Of a stretch of 64,000 nucleotides of DNA, positions 48,368 to 57,778 are shown piece by piece; within the stretch, counting starts at the first letter, position 1; each line of letters starts with the position of its first letter. The DNA is from Candidatus Niyogibacteria bacterium. GTDB lineage: Bacteria; Patescibacteriota; Minisyncoccia; HO2-45-28. A program made the translations under genes and the position numbers. Where the stretch lies: contig JACOYI010000005.1 of the NCBI GenBank assembly GCA_016181935.1, positions 595-64,594 of the forward strand. Reading direction: 5' to 3'. The notes under the pieces are model-generated. The model did no database searches. It saw only the letters and a list, made by a program, of their open reading frames with translations, and had not been told where the DNA came from.

Positions 48368-48982
48368 ATGGTTCGCGTATCCTGCAAAGTATGCCGTCGG
48401 TTGGGATTCTCGGTCTGTGGCCGGGAAAAATGCGCATTTCGGAAAAAACCGTATGCGCCCGGCGTCCATGGCAAAGGATTGAAGCGGTCCCGGCCGTCGA
48501 GTTCCGAATACGGGGCGCAGCTCAAAGAAAAGCAAAAGATCAAATTTTTATACGGTCTCCGCGAGCGGCAATTCAGGAATATCGTGAAAACCGCAACGGC
48601 TACGAAAGGCGTTGAAAATACGCGCCGCATCATGGAGCTTTTGGAGGGACGGCTCGACAATGTGGTGTATCGGTTGGGTTTTGCCCCGACCCGCGCGGCG
48701 GGCCGCCAGCTCGTCGGGCACGGCCACATTATGGTGAACGGCCGCAAGGTAACGATCCCGTCGTTTGAGGTCCGGGTGGGGGACCGCATTGCGATCCGTC
48801 CGCAAAGCGCGGTGAAGGCGGTATTCGGCAATTTGGACATCCTGCTTAAAAAATACGAAGCGCCATCCTGGATCGAATTGGATAAGGGAAAGAAAGAAGG
48901 GGTCATTGCGTCAAAACCGAATGTTACGGATGCCGACCTCGGCGTCAATTCGGGCGTTGTTGTCGAATTTTATTCTCGCTAA
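48368..48982 (+). CDS. rpsD: 30S ribosomal protein S4
   Basis: EKQK...YG, RLDNVVYRLG and VEFYSR motifs. Confidence 0.96.
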   Translation: MVRVSCKVCRRLGFSVCGREKCAFRKKPYAPGVHGKGLKRSRPSSSEYGAQLKEKQKIKFLYGLRERQFRNIVKTATATKGVENTRRIMELLEGRLDNVVYRLGFAPTRAAGRQLVGHGHIMVNGRKVTIPSFEVRVGDRIAIRPQSAVKAVFGNLDILLKKYEAPSWIELDKGKKEGVIASKPNVTDADLGVNSGVVVEFYSR

Positions 48983-48992
48983 TTATTTTTTT

Positions 48993-49961
48993 ATGGACAC
49001 GAAAATTATTTTGCCAAGTCAGCCGCGCGTGGTTTCGGAAGAAGGCGACAAGGGCGTCTACGAGATCGACGGGCTGTATCCGGGATACGGACCGACGCTC
49101 GGCAACAGTTTGCGCCGGATCCTGTTGTCGTCGCTTCCGGGCGCGGCGGTGACGCGCGTGCGGATCGAAGGCGTTGCCCACGAGTTCTCGACCCTTCCGG
49201 GCGTCAAAGAAGACGTCATTGCCATTCTTTTGAATATCAAAAAATTGCGTTTTCGCATGGTGAGCGATGCCCCGCAAACCGTATCGCTCAAAGCGAAGGG
49301 TTCAAAGATTTTCAAAGCAAAGGATTTGAACGTGCCGGGGCAGATCGAAGTCGCAAATCCCGATCAGGTGATCGTGACGCTCACCGAAAAAGACGCGGCG
49401 CTCGCGATCGATTTTACCGTGGAACGGGGATTGGGCTATGTGTCCCGTTCCGCGCTTTCCCGCGAAAAAGCGGCGATCGGTGAGATCATCCTCGACGCAT
49501 TTTTTACGCCGGTCCGTCGCGTGAATTACGAAGTGGAGGATATGCGTATCGGCGACCGCACCGATTTCAACCGGTTGCGTCTGACGATACAAACGGACGA
49601 CACGATCACGCCGCATGAGGCGCTGGAGGGGGCGATCCGCATCATGATCGAGCAATTGAAAGCGATCGTCGGATTCCAAGAACCCGAAGCGGAGGTCGTC
49701 GTGACAGCGCCCGAAAGCGTGGAAAGCCAAGTTGGGGAAGCGGCCAGCGCGGACGCGGAAGATAAAAACAAGATCCGCGTGGAAGAGTTGGATATTCCGG
49801 CGCGTGTCGCCAATGCGCTTTCGGAGGCCTCCATTCGCACGGTCGGGGGACTCATCCGCCGGTCGAGTGACGATTTGAAAGCGATCGAAGGGATCGGCGA
49901 AAAAGCGGTGGATGAGATTAATAAAGCACTCGAAAAATTGGGCCTGTCTTTAAAGAGTTAA
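48993..49961 (+). CDS. rpoA: RNA polymerase alpha subunit
   Basis: GYGPTLGNSLRRILLSSLPG and HEFSTLPGVKED motifs; alpha-CTD present. Confidence 0.96.
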   Translation: MDTKIILPSQPRVVSEEGDKGVYEIDGLYPGYGPTLGNSLRRILLSSLPGAAVTRVRIEGVAHEFSTLPGVKEDVIAILLNIKKLRFRMVSDAPQTVSLKAKGSKIFKAKDLNVPGQIEVANPDQVIVTLTEKDAALAIDFTVERGLGYVSRSALSREKAAIGEIILDAFFTPVRRVNYEVEDMRIGDRTDFNRLRLTIQTDDTITPHEALEGAIRIMIEQLKAIVGFQEPEAEVVVTAPESVESQVGEAASADAEDKNKIRVEELDIPARVANALSEASIRTVGGLIRRSSDDLKAIEGIGEKAVDEINKALEKLGLSLKS

Positions 49962-50007
49962 AAATGAAAACTTTTTCTATTTTAGATTTTAAATTTTAAT
50001 TTGAAAC

Positions 50008-50355
50008 ATGCGGCATAAAAAAATCGGTCGGAAATTCGGGCGGGAGCGCAACATCCGCAAGGCCTTTTTGAAGGGGCTGGTGCGTTCATTTGTTTTACAC
50101 GGCCGGATCGAGACGACCCTGCCGCGCGCCAAAGAAACCCAGCGTCTGGCCGAGCGACTGATGACGGCCGCGCGAAAAGGGACGCTCGATGCGCGGCGCC
50201 GCACTGCGCGCGTATTGGGGCCCGAGGAGACGAAGAAACTTTTTGACATGGCGCCCAAATACGCCGTGCGTCCCGGCGGTTATACGCGCATCACCAAGGT
50301 CCGGACGCGTAACCACGACAGCGCGACCATGGCCGTGCTCGAATTCGTCGACTAA
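50008..50355 (+). CDS. rplQ: 50S ribosomal protein L17
   Basis: MRH...IETTLPRAKE...RPGGYTRI. Confidence 0.95.
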   Translation: MRHKKIGRKFGRERNIRKAFLKGLVRSFVLHGRIETTLPRAKETQRLAERLMTAARKGTLDARRRTARVLGPEETKKLFDMAPKYAVRPGGYTRITKVRTRNHDSATMAVLEFVD

Positions 50356-50356
50356 C

Positions 50357-50725
50357 ATGCCCGAACATATTTTAAAATCACAGGAAAAAGTTTCGGTGGA
50401 TGTCGCGGGTCTTGCCGTGGGACGGGCGGCGACCGCCATTGCGACGAAGCTCCGCGGCAAAAACCGCGCGTCGTTCGAGCGGCATCTGGCGCCTTCGATC
50501 ACGGTGGAGGTGAAGAACGCGGACAAAATGAAGATCGCTGAGGGCAAAAAGGCCGGCAAAGTATACACGCGCTACACGGGATATCCGGGTGGCTTGAAAA
50601 AGGAACGCTTGGGCGAGGTGTTCGCGAAAGATCCGCGGGAGGTATTGCGGCGGGCCGTGTGGGGCATGCTTCCCAAAAATAAATTGCGCCGTATTTTTAT
50701 CAAGCATTTGGTTTTTGTTAAATAG
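50357..50725 (+). CDS. rplM: 50S ribosomal protein L13
   Basis: GRAAT..A..LRGK, YTGYPGGLK and GMLPKN motifs. Confidence 0.93.
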   Translation: MPEHILKSQEKVSVDVAGLAVGRAATAIATKLRGKNRASFERHLAPSITVEVKNADKMKIAEGKKAGKVYTRYTGYPGGLKKERLGEVFAKDPREVLRRAVWGMLPKNKLRRIFIKHLVFVK

Positions 50726-50727
50726 AT

Positions 50728-51282
50728 ATGGCCGCCACGAAAAAAATAAAGGAAAAAAAAGTGAAGCCGCTGGAAACCATCGCTGCAGAGATACCTGTTG
50801 CGGTTGCGGCCGTGGAGGCGCCGGTGGGGGTAGTCCCGACCGATCCCTCGGAGATACTCGGGATAAAAAAGGATCCGGCGGTTTCGGTGCGTTCGTTCGA
50901 GGGGTATGTGGGCGCGATCGGGCGGCGCAAAACATCGCGCGCGTCCGCGCGCATCGCGACCGGCAAGGGAATAACAGTAAACCGCAAGGACTATAAAGAA
51001 TATTTCCCGACCGAGGAGTTGCAACTGCATGTGGAGGCGCCGTTCAAGGCGTTAAAACTCACCGATAAGTTTTCGGTTTCCATTCTTGTCGAAGGCGGCG
51101 GCATCCATTCACAAGCGGAAGCGGTGCGGCATGCTATTTCGCGAGCGCTCGTGCGCCACGAACCGGAATTGCGCAAGACGTTGAAACGGCTCGGCTTTTT
51201 GAAGCGCGACCCGCGCGCCAAAGAGCGCCGCAAGTTCGGCCTGAAAAAGGCCCGCAAGGCCCCACAGTGGGCAAAGAGGTAA
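50728..51282 (+). CDS. rpsI: 30S ribosomal protein S9 (N-terminal extension)
   Basis: GRRKTS, GGG..SQ, RDPR.KERRKFGLKKARKAPQWAKR. Confidence 0.95.
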   Translation: MAATKKIKEKKVKPLETIAAEIPVAVAAVEAPVGVVPTDPSEILGIKKDPAVSVRSFEGYVGAIGRRKTSRASARIATGKGITVNRKDYKEYFPTEELQLHVEAPFKALKLTDKFSVSILVEGGGIHSQAEAVRHAISRALVRHEPELRKTLKRLGFLKRDPRAKERRKFGLKKARKAPQWAKR

Positions 51283-51346
51283 TACAGAAAAGAAAACCCG
51301 CCACACCCCTGTGTGGCGGTTCGCGTTTGGTTAGTGCGGTGAGAGC

Positions 51347-51601
51347 TTAGTGCGCCGATTTGAGCCATTTCCAGAATTTCCGGACTGGAAATGCGATGCC
51401 TGCGATAGCGATGAGAAGGCCGCAAAAGTACAAGAACGCGTCCATACCCTGGCCTATGTAGTGCGACTCACCATAGGCACTCAATAAAATGAAAAAGAAG
51501 CCAAAATATACAGAAAAATAAAGCGAAACGCCAAACATTAGAACCAGGAAACAAACTGAAGAGAACCTTTTGGTGGCTTCTTCTTTAGTCATCCTTTTCA
51601 T
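51347..51601 (-). CDS. Small AT-rich membrane protein
   Basis: Two hydrophobic segments; antisense islet. Confidence 0.55.
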   Translation of the reverse strand: MKRMTKEEATKRFSSVCFLVLMFGVSLYFSVYFGFFFILLSAYGESHYIGQGMDAFLYFCGLLIAIAGIAFPVRKFWKWLKSAH

Positions 51602-51673
51602 CGTTTTTCTCTCGGTTGAAGTAACAAATCCGGTTCATTAAACCAAGGATATTTTGAAAAGACAAGCCCTAAT

Positions 51674-51700
51674 TTAGCACTCTTGACACGAGAGTGCTAA
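51674..51700 (+). promoter_or_regulatory. CIRCE operator overlapping a sigma70 promoter
   Basis: Perfect TTAGCACTC-N9-GAGTGCTAA; TTGACA inside the spacer, TATAAT at 51705-51710. Confidence 0.95.
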
Positions 51701-51718
51701 TTTTTATAATGGAAGTAT

Positions 51719-52354
51719 ATGATGCTCGAGGCACTCGAACCGCGGGAGGAAAAGATCCTCGATTATATCGTCCGGTTGTATGTCCGGCGGGCGGAGCCGG
51801 TGGCATCGTCCGATGTCCGCAAGGGCCTGCGGCTCAAGGAAAGTCCGGCGACGGTCCGCAATATCTTGGCGGAGTTGGATGAGGACGGGTATCTCGACCA
51901 GCCGTACACATCGGCAGGGCGCATTCCGACGGATCAGGCGTACCGGTATTTTGTGGATTATCTGATGGCGAGCGACATCCGCCGCCGAGCTAGCGCGGAT
52001 ATCCGGTCCATGGCAGATGCGCTGGGAATGCTTGCGATCGCTATGGACGACGACGATACGGATGCCTACGGTCTTTCGTATTTGCTGTCCCAGCCGGAGT
52101 TTCGTGAGCAGTCCGCAGTACAGCGCATCGCGCATTTGGTGGATCATGCGGAGGAGATTTTCGGCGCGTATCGCGATACCGGAGGGCGTGTATTCATCGG
52201 ACAGGAAAATCCGGTGCGCGAGGCGGAGGATTGCAGTGTATTTTACATATCCGATGGGCGGGGCGGCGCTCGGCACGAAGTGTTGTTGGTGGGCCCGACC
52301 CGCGTGAATTATGAGGAAGTGTCCGCGTTTATCCGTAATTTTTTCAAACCATGA
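51719..52354 (+). CDS. hrcA: Heat-inducible repressor HrcA (short)
   Basis: PVAS, SPATVRN, YTSAGRIPT...YRYFVD and GPTRVNY motifs; downstream of CIRCE. Confidence 0.9.
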   Translation: MMLEALEPREEKILDYIVRLYVRRAEPVASSDVRKGLRLKESPATVRNILAELDEDGYLDQPYTSAGRIPTDQAYRYFVDYLMASDIRRRASADIRSMADALGMLAIAMDDDDTDAYGLSYLLSQPEFREQSAVQRIAHLVDHAEEIFGAYRDTGGRVFIGQENPVREAEDCSVFYISDGRGGARHEVLLVGPTRVNYEEVSAFIRNFFKP

Positions 52355-52935
52355 GGACCGATTCTGATTTGGACGCTGATTTGGACGTCTCACGTCCAAG
52401 TAAAAAAATGGGGGAGGAGGAGTTGGAAGTGGTGGAAACGGGGGATGGCGAGGATTTTGGAACGCGGGACGTGGCGGCCGCATTGAAAAAAGCAAAGCAC
52501 GAATTGAGCGAATGCCGGAAAAAAGCGGAGGAATATCTCGACGGCTGGCAGAGAGCGAAAGCGGATTTCATCAATCGCAGAAAAGACGAGGAGAAGGAGC
52601 GCGAAGCGATGGCGAAGTTTGCGAACGAAAAACTTGTGAAGGATGTCCTGAATATTCTTGACAGCTTGGAAATGGCGGCAAGGGCAGGGGATTCCGGAGT
52701 CGCGAATATCCATCGCCAGTTGGCACAGATCCTGAAGGGATACGGAGTGGAAGAACTATCGGCTGTCGGCGCCGCGTTCAACCCCGCAGAGCACGAAGCG
52801 ATGCTGGAGGAAGCGGTGGAGGATGAATCGAAAGACGGAATGGTGCTCGAGGAATTGCAGAAGGGCTACCGGATGCGGGACAAAGTGATTCGCGCGGCAA
52901 AAGTGAAAGTCGGGGTTTATCAAAAATCAAAATAA
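52351..52935 (+). CDS. grpE: Nucleotide exchange factor GrpE
   Basis: RAKADFIN, FNPAEHEA and KGY...VIRAAKVKV motifs. Confidence 0.93.
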   Translation: MRTDSDLDADLDVSRPSKKMGEEELEVVETGDGEDFGTRDVAAALKKAKHELSECRKKAEEYLDGWQRAKADFINRRKDEEKEREAMAKFANEKLVKDVLNILDSLEMAARAGDSGVANIHRQLAQILKGYGVEELSAVGAAFNPAEHEAMLEEAVEDESKDGMVLEELQKGYRMRDKVIRAAKVKVGVYQKSK

Positions 52936-52939
52936 ATTC

Positions 52940-53095
52940 ATGAATTACGAAATCCATTTTAGAGTACGCTTGAACGCCCAGCGGCATTCAAGCTCCGTCC
53001 TCGGCGCTTTGCTTTTTGGCTCGCTTCGCGAAATTTTAGCCAAAAAGCACCATGCAAAGCGCCTGCGGGGCCTCTAAATGGACTTCGTAATTCAT
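52940..53095. repeat. Structured three-way-junction element, copy B
   Basis: Close homolog of 4103-4259 with covarying stems. Confidence 0.85.
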
Positions 53096-53115
53096 TCATT
53101 AACTAACGAAATATT

Positions 53116-55026
53116 ATGGCAAAAATATTAGGCATTGATTTGGGAACGACGAACTCGGCGATGGCGGTCGTGGAGGGCGGCGAGTCGCGCATCATCGAGA
53201 ACCGCGAGGGCGTGCGCACCACGCCGTCCATTATCGCGGTCTCCAAAGCGGGCGACCGGCTGGTGGGACTCTTGGCCAAGCGCCAAGCGGTGACGAATCC
53301 GAAGAATACGATTTACTCGGTCAAGCGGCTCATCGGTCGGCGATTTGACGACGAGATGGTCCAGCGCGACAAAAAATTGTTGCCGTATGAGATCCGCAAG
53401 GCGGACAACGGCGGCGTGGAGGTCAAAGTGGGTGACACATGGCTCCGCCCCGAGGAAATTTCGGCGATGGTGCTCCAGAAATTGAAGGAAGACGCCGAGG
53501 CGAAATTGGGTGAGAAAATCACGGAAGCCATCATCACGGTGCCCGCATATTTTGATGACGCCCAGCGGCAAGCGACCAAGGCGGCGGGCGAGATCGCGGG
53601 GCTCACGGTGAAGCGCATCATCAACGAGCCGACGGCGGCCGCACTCGCGTACGGACTCAATAAAAAGAAAAACGAGAAAATTGTCGTCTACGATTTCGGT
53701 GGCGGCACGTTCGACGTGTCGGTGCTTGAAATTGGCGATGATGTCATCGAGGTGAAAGCCACCGACGGTGATACGCATTTGGGCGGTGATGATTTTGACC
53801 AGAAAATTATCCAGTGGGCTATTGGCGAATTCAAAAAAGAATCGGGAATCGATGTGTCAAAAGACACATTGGCACTTCAGCGATTGAAAGAAGCGGCGGA
53901 GCGCGCCAAGCACGAATTGTCGGGCGCATCCGAGACCGAAGTGAACATCCCGTATTTGTCGTCCGACGAATCGGGTCCGCGGCATTTCCTGAAAAAAATG
54001 ACGCGCACCGACCTCGAAAAACTGGTGGGCGAATATATCGAGCGCTCCATCGAAATCACCCAGCGCGCGGTGAAGGCGGCGGGATTTGCGCTCACGGATA
54101 TGAACGAAGTGATTTTGGTCGGCGGCCAGACGCGCATGCCCGCGATGCAGGACGCGGTCAAGAAATTGTTCGGCAAGGAACCGAACAAGTCCATCAATCC
54201 GGACGAGGTGGTGGCAGACGGCGCGGCGGTGCAGGGCGGCATCATGATGGGCGATGTGAAGGATGTGCTTTTGCTTGATGTGACGCCGCTCTCACTCGGT
54301 ATCGAGACGCTCGGTGGCGTGTCCACCAAAATCATCGAGAAAAATACGACGGTTCCGGTATCGCGGACACAGGTGTTTTCGACCGCGGCTGACAATCAGC
54401 CGCAAGTGGAAATCCATATTTTGCAGGGCGAGCGCGAAATGGCGAAGGATAATAAAACCCTCGGGAAATTCGTTTTGGATGGCATTCCGCCCTCCCCGCG
54501 CGGCTTGCCGCAGATCGAGGTGTCATTCGACATTGATGCGAACGGCATTCTGTCGGTAAAAGCGAAGGACAAGGGAACACAAAAGGAGCAATCGGTGCGC
54601 ATCGAGGCGTCGAGCGGACTTTCGAAGGATGATATCGAGAAAATGAAGCGCGATGCGGATGCGCATGCGGAGGAGGATAAAAAGGCGCGCGCATTGATAG
54701 ACGCGAAAAACACGGCGGATAGCATGATTTACGCCGCGGAAAAGGCGTTGCGGGACGCGGGCGACAAAGCGCCGGCCGATGTGAAAAAAGCGGTGGAGGA
54801 GGAATTGGCGAAGCTGAAGGAAGTAAAGGAAAAAAGTACGGACGCGGCGGAGATCGAAAAAGCGGCCGCGGCATTGTCGCAGAACCTCTCAAAAATCGGC
54901 GAGGCGATTTACAACGCTGGAAAGCAGGAGGCTGGAGGGCCGGATGCTAGAAAGACGGAAGACAGCCAGTCCAGTCAAGATGAGCCAAAGGACGTTAAAA
55001 GCGAGGATGTGGATGGAAAGAAATAG
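53116..55026 (+). CDS. dnaK: Chaperone DnaK
   Basis: [15 protein letters not shown] and DFGGGTFD motifs. Confidence 0.97.
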   Translation: MAKILGIDLGTTNSAMAVVEGGESRIIENREGVRTTPSIIAVSKAGDRLVGLLAKRQAVTNPKNTIYSVKRLIGRRFDDEMVQRDKKLLPYEIRKADNGGVEVKVGDTWLRPEEISAMVLQKLKEDAEAKLGEKITEAIITVPAYFDDAQRQATKAAGEIAGLTVKRIINEPTAAALAYGLNKKKNEKIVVYDFGGGTFDVSVLEIGDDVIEVKATDGDTHLGGDDFDQKIIQWAIGEFKKESGIDVSKDTLALQRLKEAAERAKHELSGASETEVNIPYLSSDESGPRHFLKKMTRTDLEKLVGEYIERSIEITQRAVKAAGFALTDMNEVILVGGQTRMPAMQDAVKKLFGKEPNKSINPDEVVADGAAVQGGIMMGDVKDVLLLDVTPLSLGIETLGGVSTKIIEKNTTVPVSRTQVFSTAADNQPQVEIHILQGEREMAKDNKTLGKFVLDGIPPSPRGLPQIEVSFDIDANGILSVKAKDKGTQKEQSVRIEASSGLSKDDIEKMKRDADAHAEEDKKARALIDAKNTADSMIYAAEKALRDAGDKAPADVKKAVEEELAKLKEVKEKSTDAAEIEKAAAALSQNLSKIGEAIYNAGKQEAGGPDARKTEDSQSSQDEPKDVKSEDVDGKK

Positions 55027-55033
55027 CGCTTTC

Positions 55034-55203
55034 GCATAACCACTTTTTCAACACTGCTCCGATGCTTGAAAATGATAGTCGTTTTGCGCGCGAAATCTTA
55101 ACGCGGTTCCCGTTCCTCCCTTCGGGATTTTCCGACCGCTAATTTCGCTTCAAAACTCCTTCATTTTCAAAGCATCTCCGCAAAGTTTCAAAAGTGGCTA
55201 TGC
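55034..55203. repeat. Long interrupted hairpin element
   Basis: GCATAACCACTTTT/AAAAGTGGCTATGC and GATGCTTGAAAATGA/TCATTTTCAAAGCATC nested stems. Confidence 0.7.
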
Positions 55204-55226
55204 TTCAGCTCTTGGGAGATAAAAAT

Positions 55227-55547
55227 ATGGCAATAACACTGAATAAGCACGATAAAAAAATTGTTGATAGAGTAAGGGCGACCATTGAAGCTGCTTATAA
55301 ATCAGCAAATTTTCCATCCGCAGTGGCAAAAAGCATTGCGAGTAGGGCGACCTATTTTAGAAACAAAGGTCGTTCGCAAGCGATACGACGGCATCCATTT
55401 GAAGGCATTTGCGAAGCACACAAGAAACCATTGAAGAGGATAGATGCGCATTTGGATGAGATGGGTCCATTGGGATACGATGGACCAGTTAGATGGATTT
55501 GTCCGCTTGCGAATAATAGCGGTAAGAGATCTTGTGGAGAATTTTAA
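55227..55547 (+). CDS. AT-rich hypothetical protein, possibly degenerate HNH-like
   Basis: GGAG SD; CEAH...HLDE...RWICPLAN pattern. Confidence 0.55.
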   Translation: MAITLNKHDKKIVDRVRATIEAAYKSANFPSAVAKSIASRATYFRNKGRSQAIRRHPFEGICEAHKKPLKRIDAHLDEMGPLGYDGPVRWICPLANNSGKRSCGEF

Positions 55548-55604
55548 ATGAAAGATTACTACAAAATTTTGGGGGTAGGGGGATTGATTCAAAGTTTATC
55601 TTAA
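55548..55604 (+). pseudogene. Duplicated dnaJ 5' fragment (MKDYYKILGV...)
   Basis: About 30 nt nearly identical to 56087-56116. Confidence 0.75.
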
Positions 55605-55613
55605 GGTAAACTT
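55592..55613. promoter_or_regulatory. Palindromic putative TA operator
   Basis: AAGTTTATCTTAAGGTAAACTT just upstream of the antitoxin ATG. Confidence 0.55.
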
Positions 55614-55620
55614 AGAACAT

Positions 55621-55845
55621 ATGAAAAACATCGTAGGATTGAAGGAATTGCGGGGGAATATCGAGAACTATATTTCCGAGGTGAAGAAGGGAAAGTCGTT
55701 CATCGTAGTGCGCCGGTCAAAGCCGGTGCTTAGGATTTCCTCGCCGGACGAGGATGAATCCATGTGGGAGACCGTGATTGATTTTACGAAGATCCGGAAG
55801 GGCGGTATTCCGGTGGATGAATTGCTGAAACGTTTGAGGGCATGA
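55621..55845 (+). CDS. Phd/YefM-family antitoxin
   Basis: VGLKELR...VKKGKSFIVVRRSKPV pattern; overlaps the toxin gene. Confidence 0.8.
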   Translation: MKNIVGLKELRGNIENYISEVKKGKSFIVVRRSKPVLRISSPDEDESMWETVIDFTKIRKGGIPVDELLKRLRA

Positions 55846-56084
55846 TGGATTCGATTGATAAGGAGTTTGCCCGATTGACTGAAAAGGAGAAAAAGCACGT
55901 CAGGGCAATTTTTGTCCAGCTGAAGGAGGGCGATCAGAGGGGATTGAATGTTAAAAAAATAAAAGGCCGTGAGGATGTGTTTCGTGTGCGGAAGGGCAAG
56001 CTAAGGGTTATTTATCAATTACAGGACAAAACGGTTCATATTTTAGCGATTCGATATCGGCGAGAAGATACCTATAAATTTTAA
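55842..56084 (+). CDS. RelE/ParE-family toxin
   Basis: KKIKG...FRVRKGKLRVIY...RREDTY. Confidence 0.82.
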   Translation: MMDSIDKEFARLTEKEKKHVRAIFVQLKEGDQRGLNVKKIKGREDVFRVRKGKLRVIYQLQDKTVHILAIRYRREDTYKF

Positions 56085-56086
56085 CT

Positions 56087-57157
56087 GTGAAAGACTACTA
56101 CAAAATTTTAGGGGTGGAGAAAGGGGCGGGGAAGGAGGAGGTCAAAAGGGCCTACCGGAAATTGGCGCACCAACATCATCCCGATAAAAAAGGAGGGGAT
56201 GAGGCCAAGTTCAAGGAAATCAACGAGGCCTACTATGTGTTGGGTGATGATTCGCGCAGAGCGCAATACGACCAGACCGGCCGCACATCGTTTGGCGGCG
56301 GAGGCGGGCCGCAGAGCGGGTTTGATTTCGAGGACATCTGGCGCCAATTCGGCGGCGCCCAAGGAGGCGCACGGGGCGGTGATTTTGCCGACATCTTCGG
56401 CGATATTTTTGGGTTTGGGGGCGGAGGCCAGCGCCAGAAACGCGGCGCGGATATCGCGGTGGATATCGAGCTTCCGTTCGCGGAAGCGGCATTCGGGACG
56501 AATCGCAAAATTTCACTTCGCAAAACCAATGCCTGCAAAGAGTGCGATGGGAGCGGGGCAAAATCCGGCACCGGAACGGTGCGCTGTGAGATTTGCAATG
56601 GGTCGGGTACGGTGCGCGAGAATCGCCGCTCGATGTTTGGTTCGTTCACGGCGCTCTCCGAGTGTTCCCGCTGTCACGGAAAAGGGGAGATGCCGAAGGA
56701 GCCCTGTCCGCAGTGCCGCGGCGAGGGGATCATGCGAAGCGAGGAAACTATCGAAATCGCGGTTCCCGCGGGCATCGATAACGGCGAGATGATTCGCGTG
56801 ACGGGCGCGGGCGAAGCGGTGGCGGGCGGACGCGCGGGCGACCTGTATGTGCGCATCCATGTGCGGCCCGACCCGCGATTCCATCGCGAGGGAATGAATT
56901 TGATATCGGACGTGGAAATCCCGTTCACGGATGCCGCGCTCGGAACCGAAAAAGTATTGGAGACGCTCGACGGAAAGGTTAAGATGGAAATACCCGCAGG
57001 AACGAATTCGGGCGATATGCTCCGGATCCGTGCTCGCGGCATCCCGAAGGCGCATGGACGCGGGGATCTCTTGATCCGCGTCACGGTCAGGACGCCCAAA
57101 AAATTATCGCGCAAGGCGCGCGAACTGATGGACGAACTGCGCCGAGAGGGGATTTAA
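56087..57157 (+). CDS. dnaJ: Chaperone DnaJ
   Basis: HPD motif, G/F region, four CxxCxGxG repeats. Confidence 0.96.
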   Translation: MKDYYKILGVEKGAGKEEVKRAYRKLAHQHHPDKKGGDEAKFKEINEAYYVLGDDSRRAQYDQTGRTSFGGGGGPQSGFDFEDIWRQFGGAQGGARGGDFADIFGDIFGFGGGGQRQKRGADIAVDIELPFAEAAFGTNRKISLRKTNACKECDGSGAKSGTGTVRCEICNGSGTVRENRRSMFGSFTALSECSRCHGKGEMPKEPCPQCRGEGIMRSEETIEIAVPAGIDNGEMIRVTGAGEAVAGGRAGDLYVRIHVRPDPRFHREGMNLISDVEIPFTDAALGTEKVLETLDGKVKMEIPAGTNSGDMLRIRARGIPKAHGRGDLLIRVTVRTPKKLSRKARELMDELRREGI

Positions 57158-57705
57158 TGAACTTTTCTTCAATAGCTCAATCACTGCCGATACCGACGCA
57201 ACTGGGGTCGGTCACATCGCTCATGTCGAATCCGTCATGGGATGTGATGGCGCTTGCGATTTTCGTGGCGCTCGGATTTATGTATGGCGTGTGGGGCGGG
57301 CGGGGGCGGCTGGTGGCCGTCCTGTTTGCTTTGTACGCTTCCAAATTAGTGTTCGATAGCGCGTGGTTTCTGGAGCGCTTCATCGGCGGTTTTGCGGCCT
57401 CCCAGCTTTTCTTCGCGCGCGCCGGCGTTTTCGCGGTGCTCGTTGCCGCGCTTTCCATCGTATTTGCCAAAAGTTTTTCCGGCCGCGTGATGGTGGGCGA
57501 GCGGTGGTGGCAGATGTTTTTGCTGTCGTTTCTCGAGGTTGGCATCGCGGCGAGCATTTTGTTCAGCATTTTGCCCTCGCGCGAACTTTATACTTTTTCG
57601 CCGCTCGTTGAACTCCTGTTCGCCTCGCCCAATGCGCTTTTCTGGTGGCTTCTCGCTCCCGTGCCCGCGCTCTACTTCGCCATCAACCCCGCCGCGCGCA
57701 AATAA
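57157..57705 (+). CDS. Multi-pass membrane protein
   Basis: About five TM segments; coupled to the dnaJ stop. Confidence 0.7.
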   Translation: MNFSSIAQSLPIPTQLGSVTSLMSNPSWDVMALAIFVALGFMYGVWGGRGRLVAVLFALYASKLVFDSAWFLERFIGGFAASQLFFARAGVFAVLVAALSIVFAKSFSGRVMVGERWWQMFLLSFLEVGIAASILFSILPSRELYTFSPLVELLFASPNALFWWLLAPVPALYFAINPAARK

Positions 57706-57778
57706 AAAATCCCGCCGAGAGCGGGATCAGGGAATGATTTACAGTGCGAAGACCATATATGCGTAATACAGCGATTCA

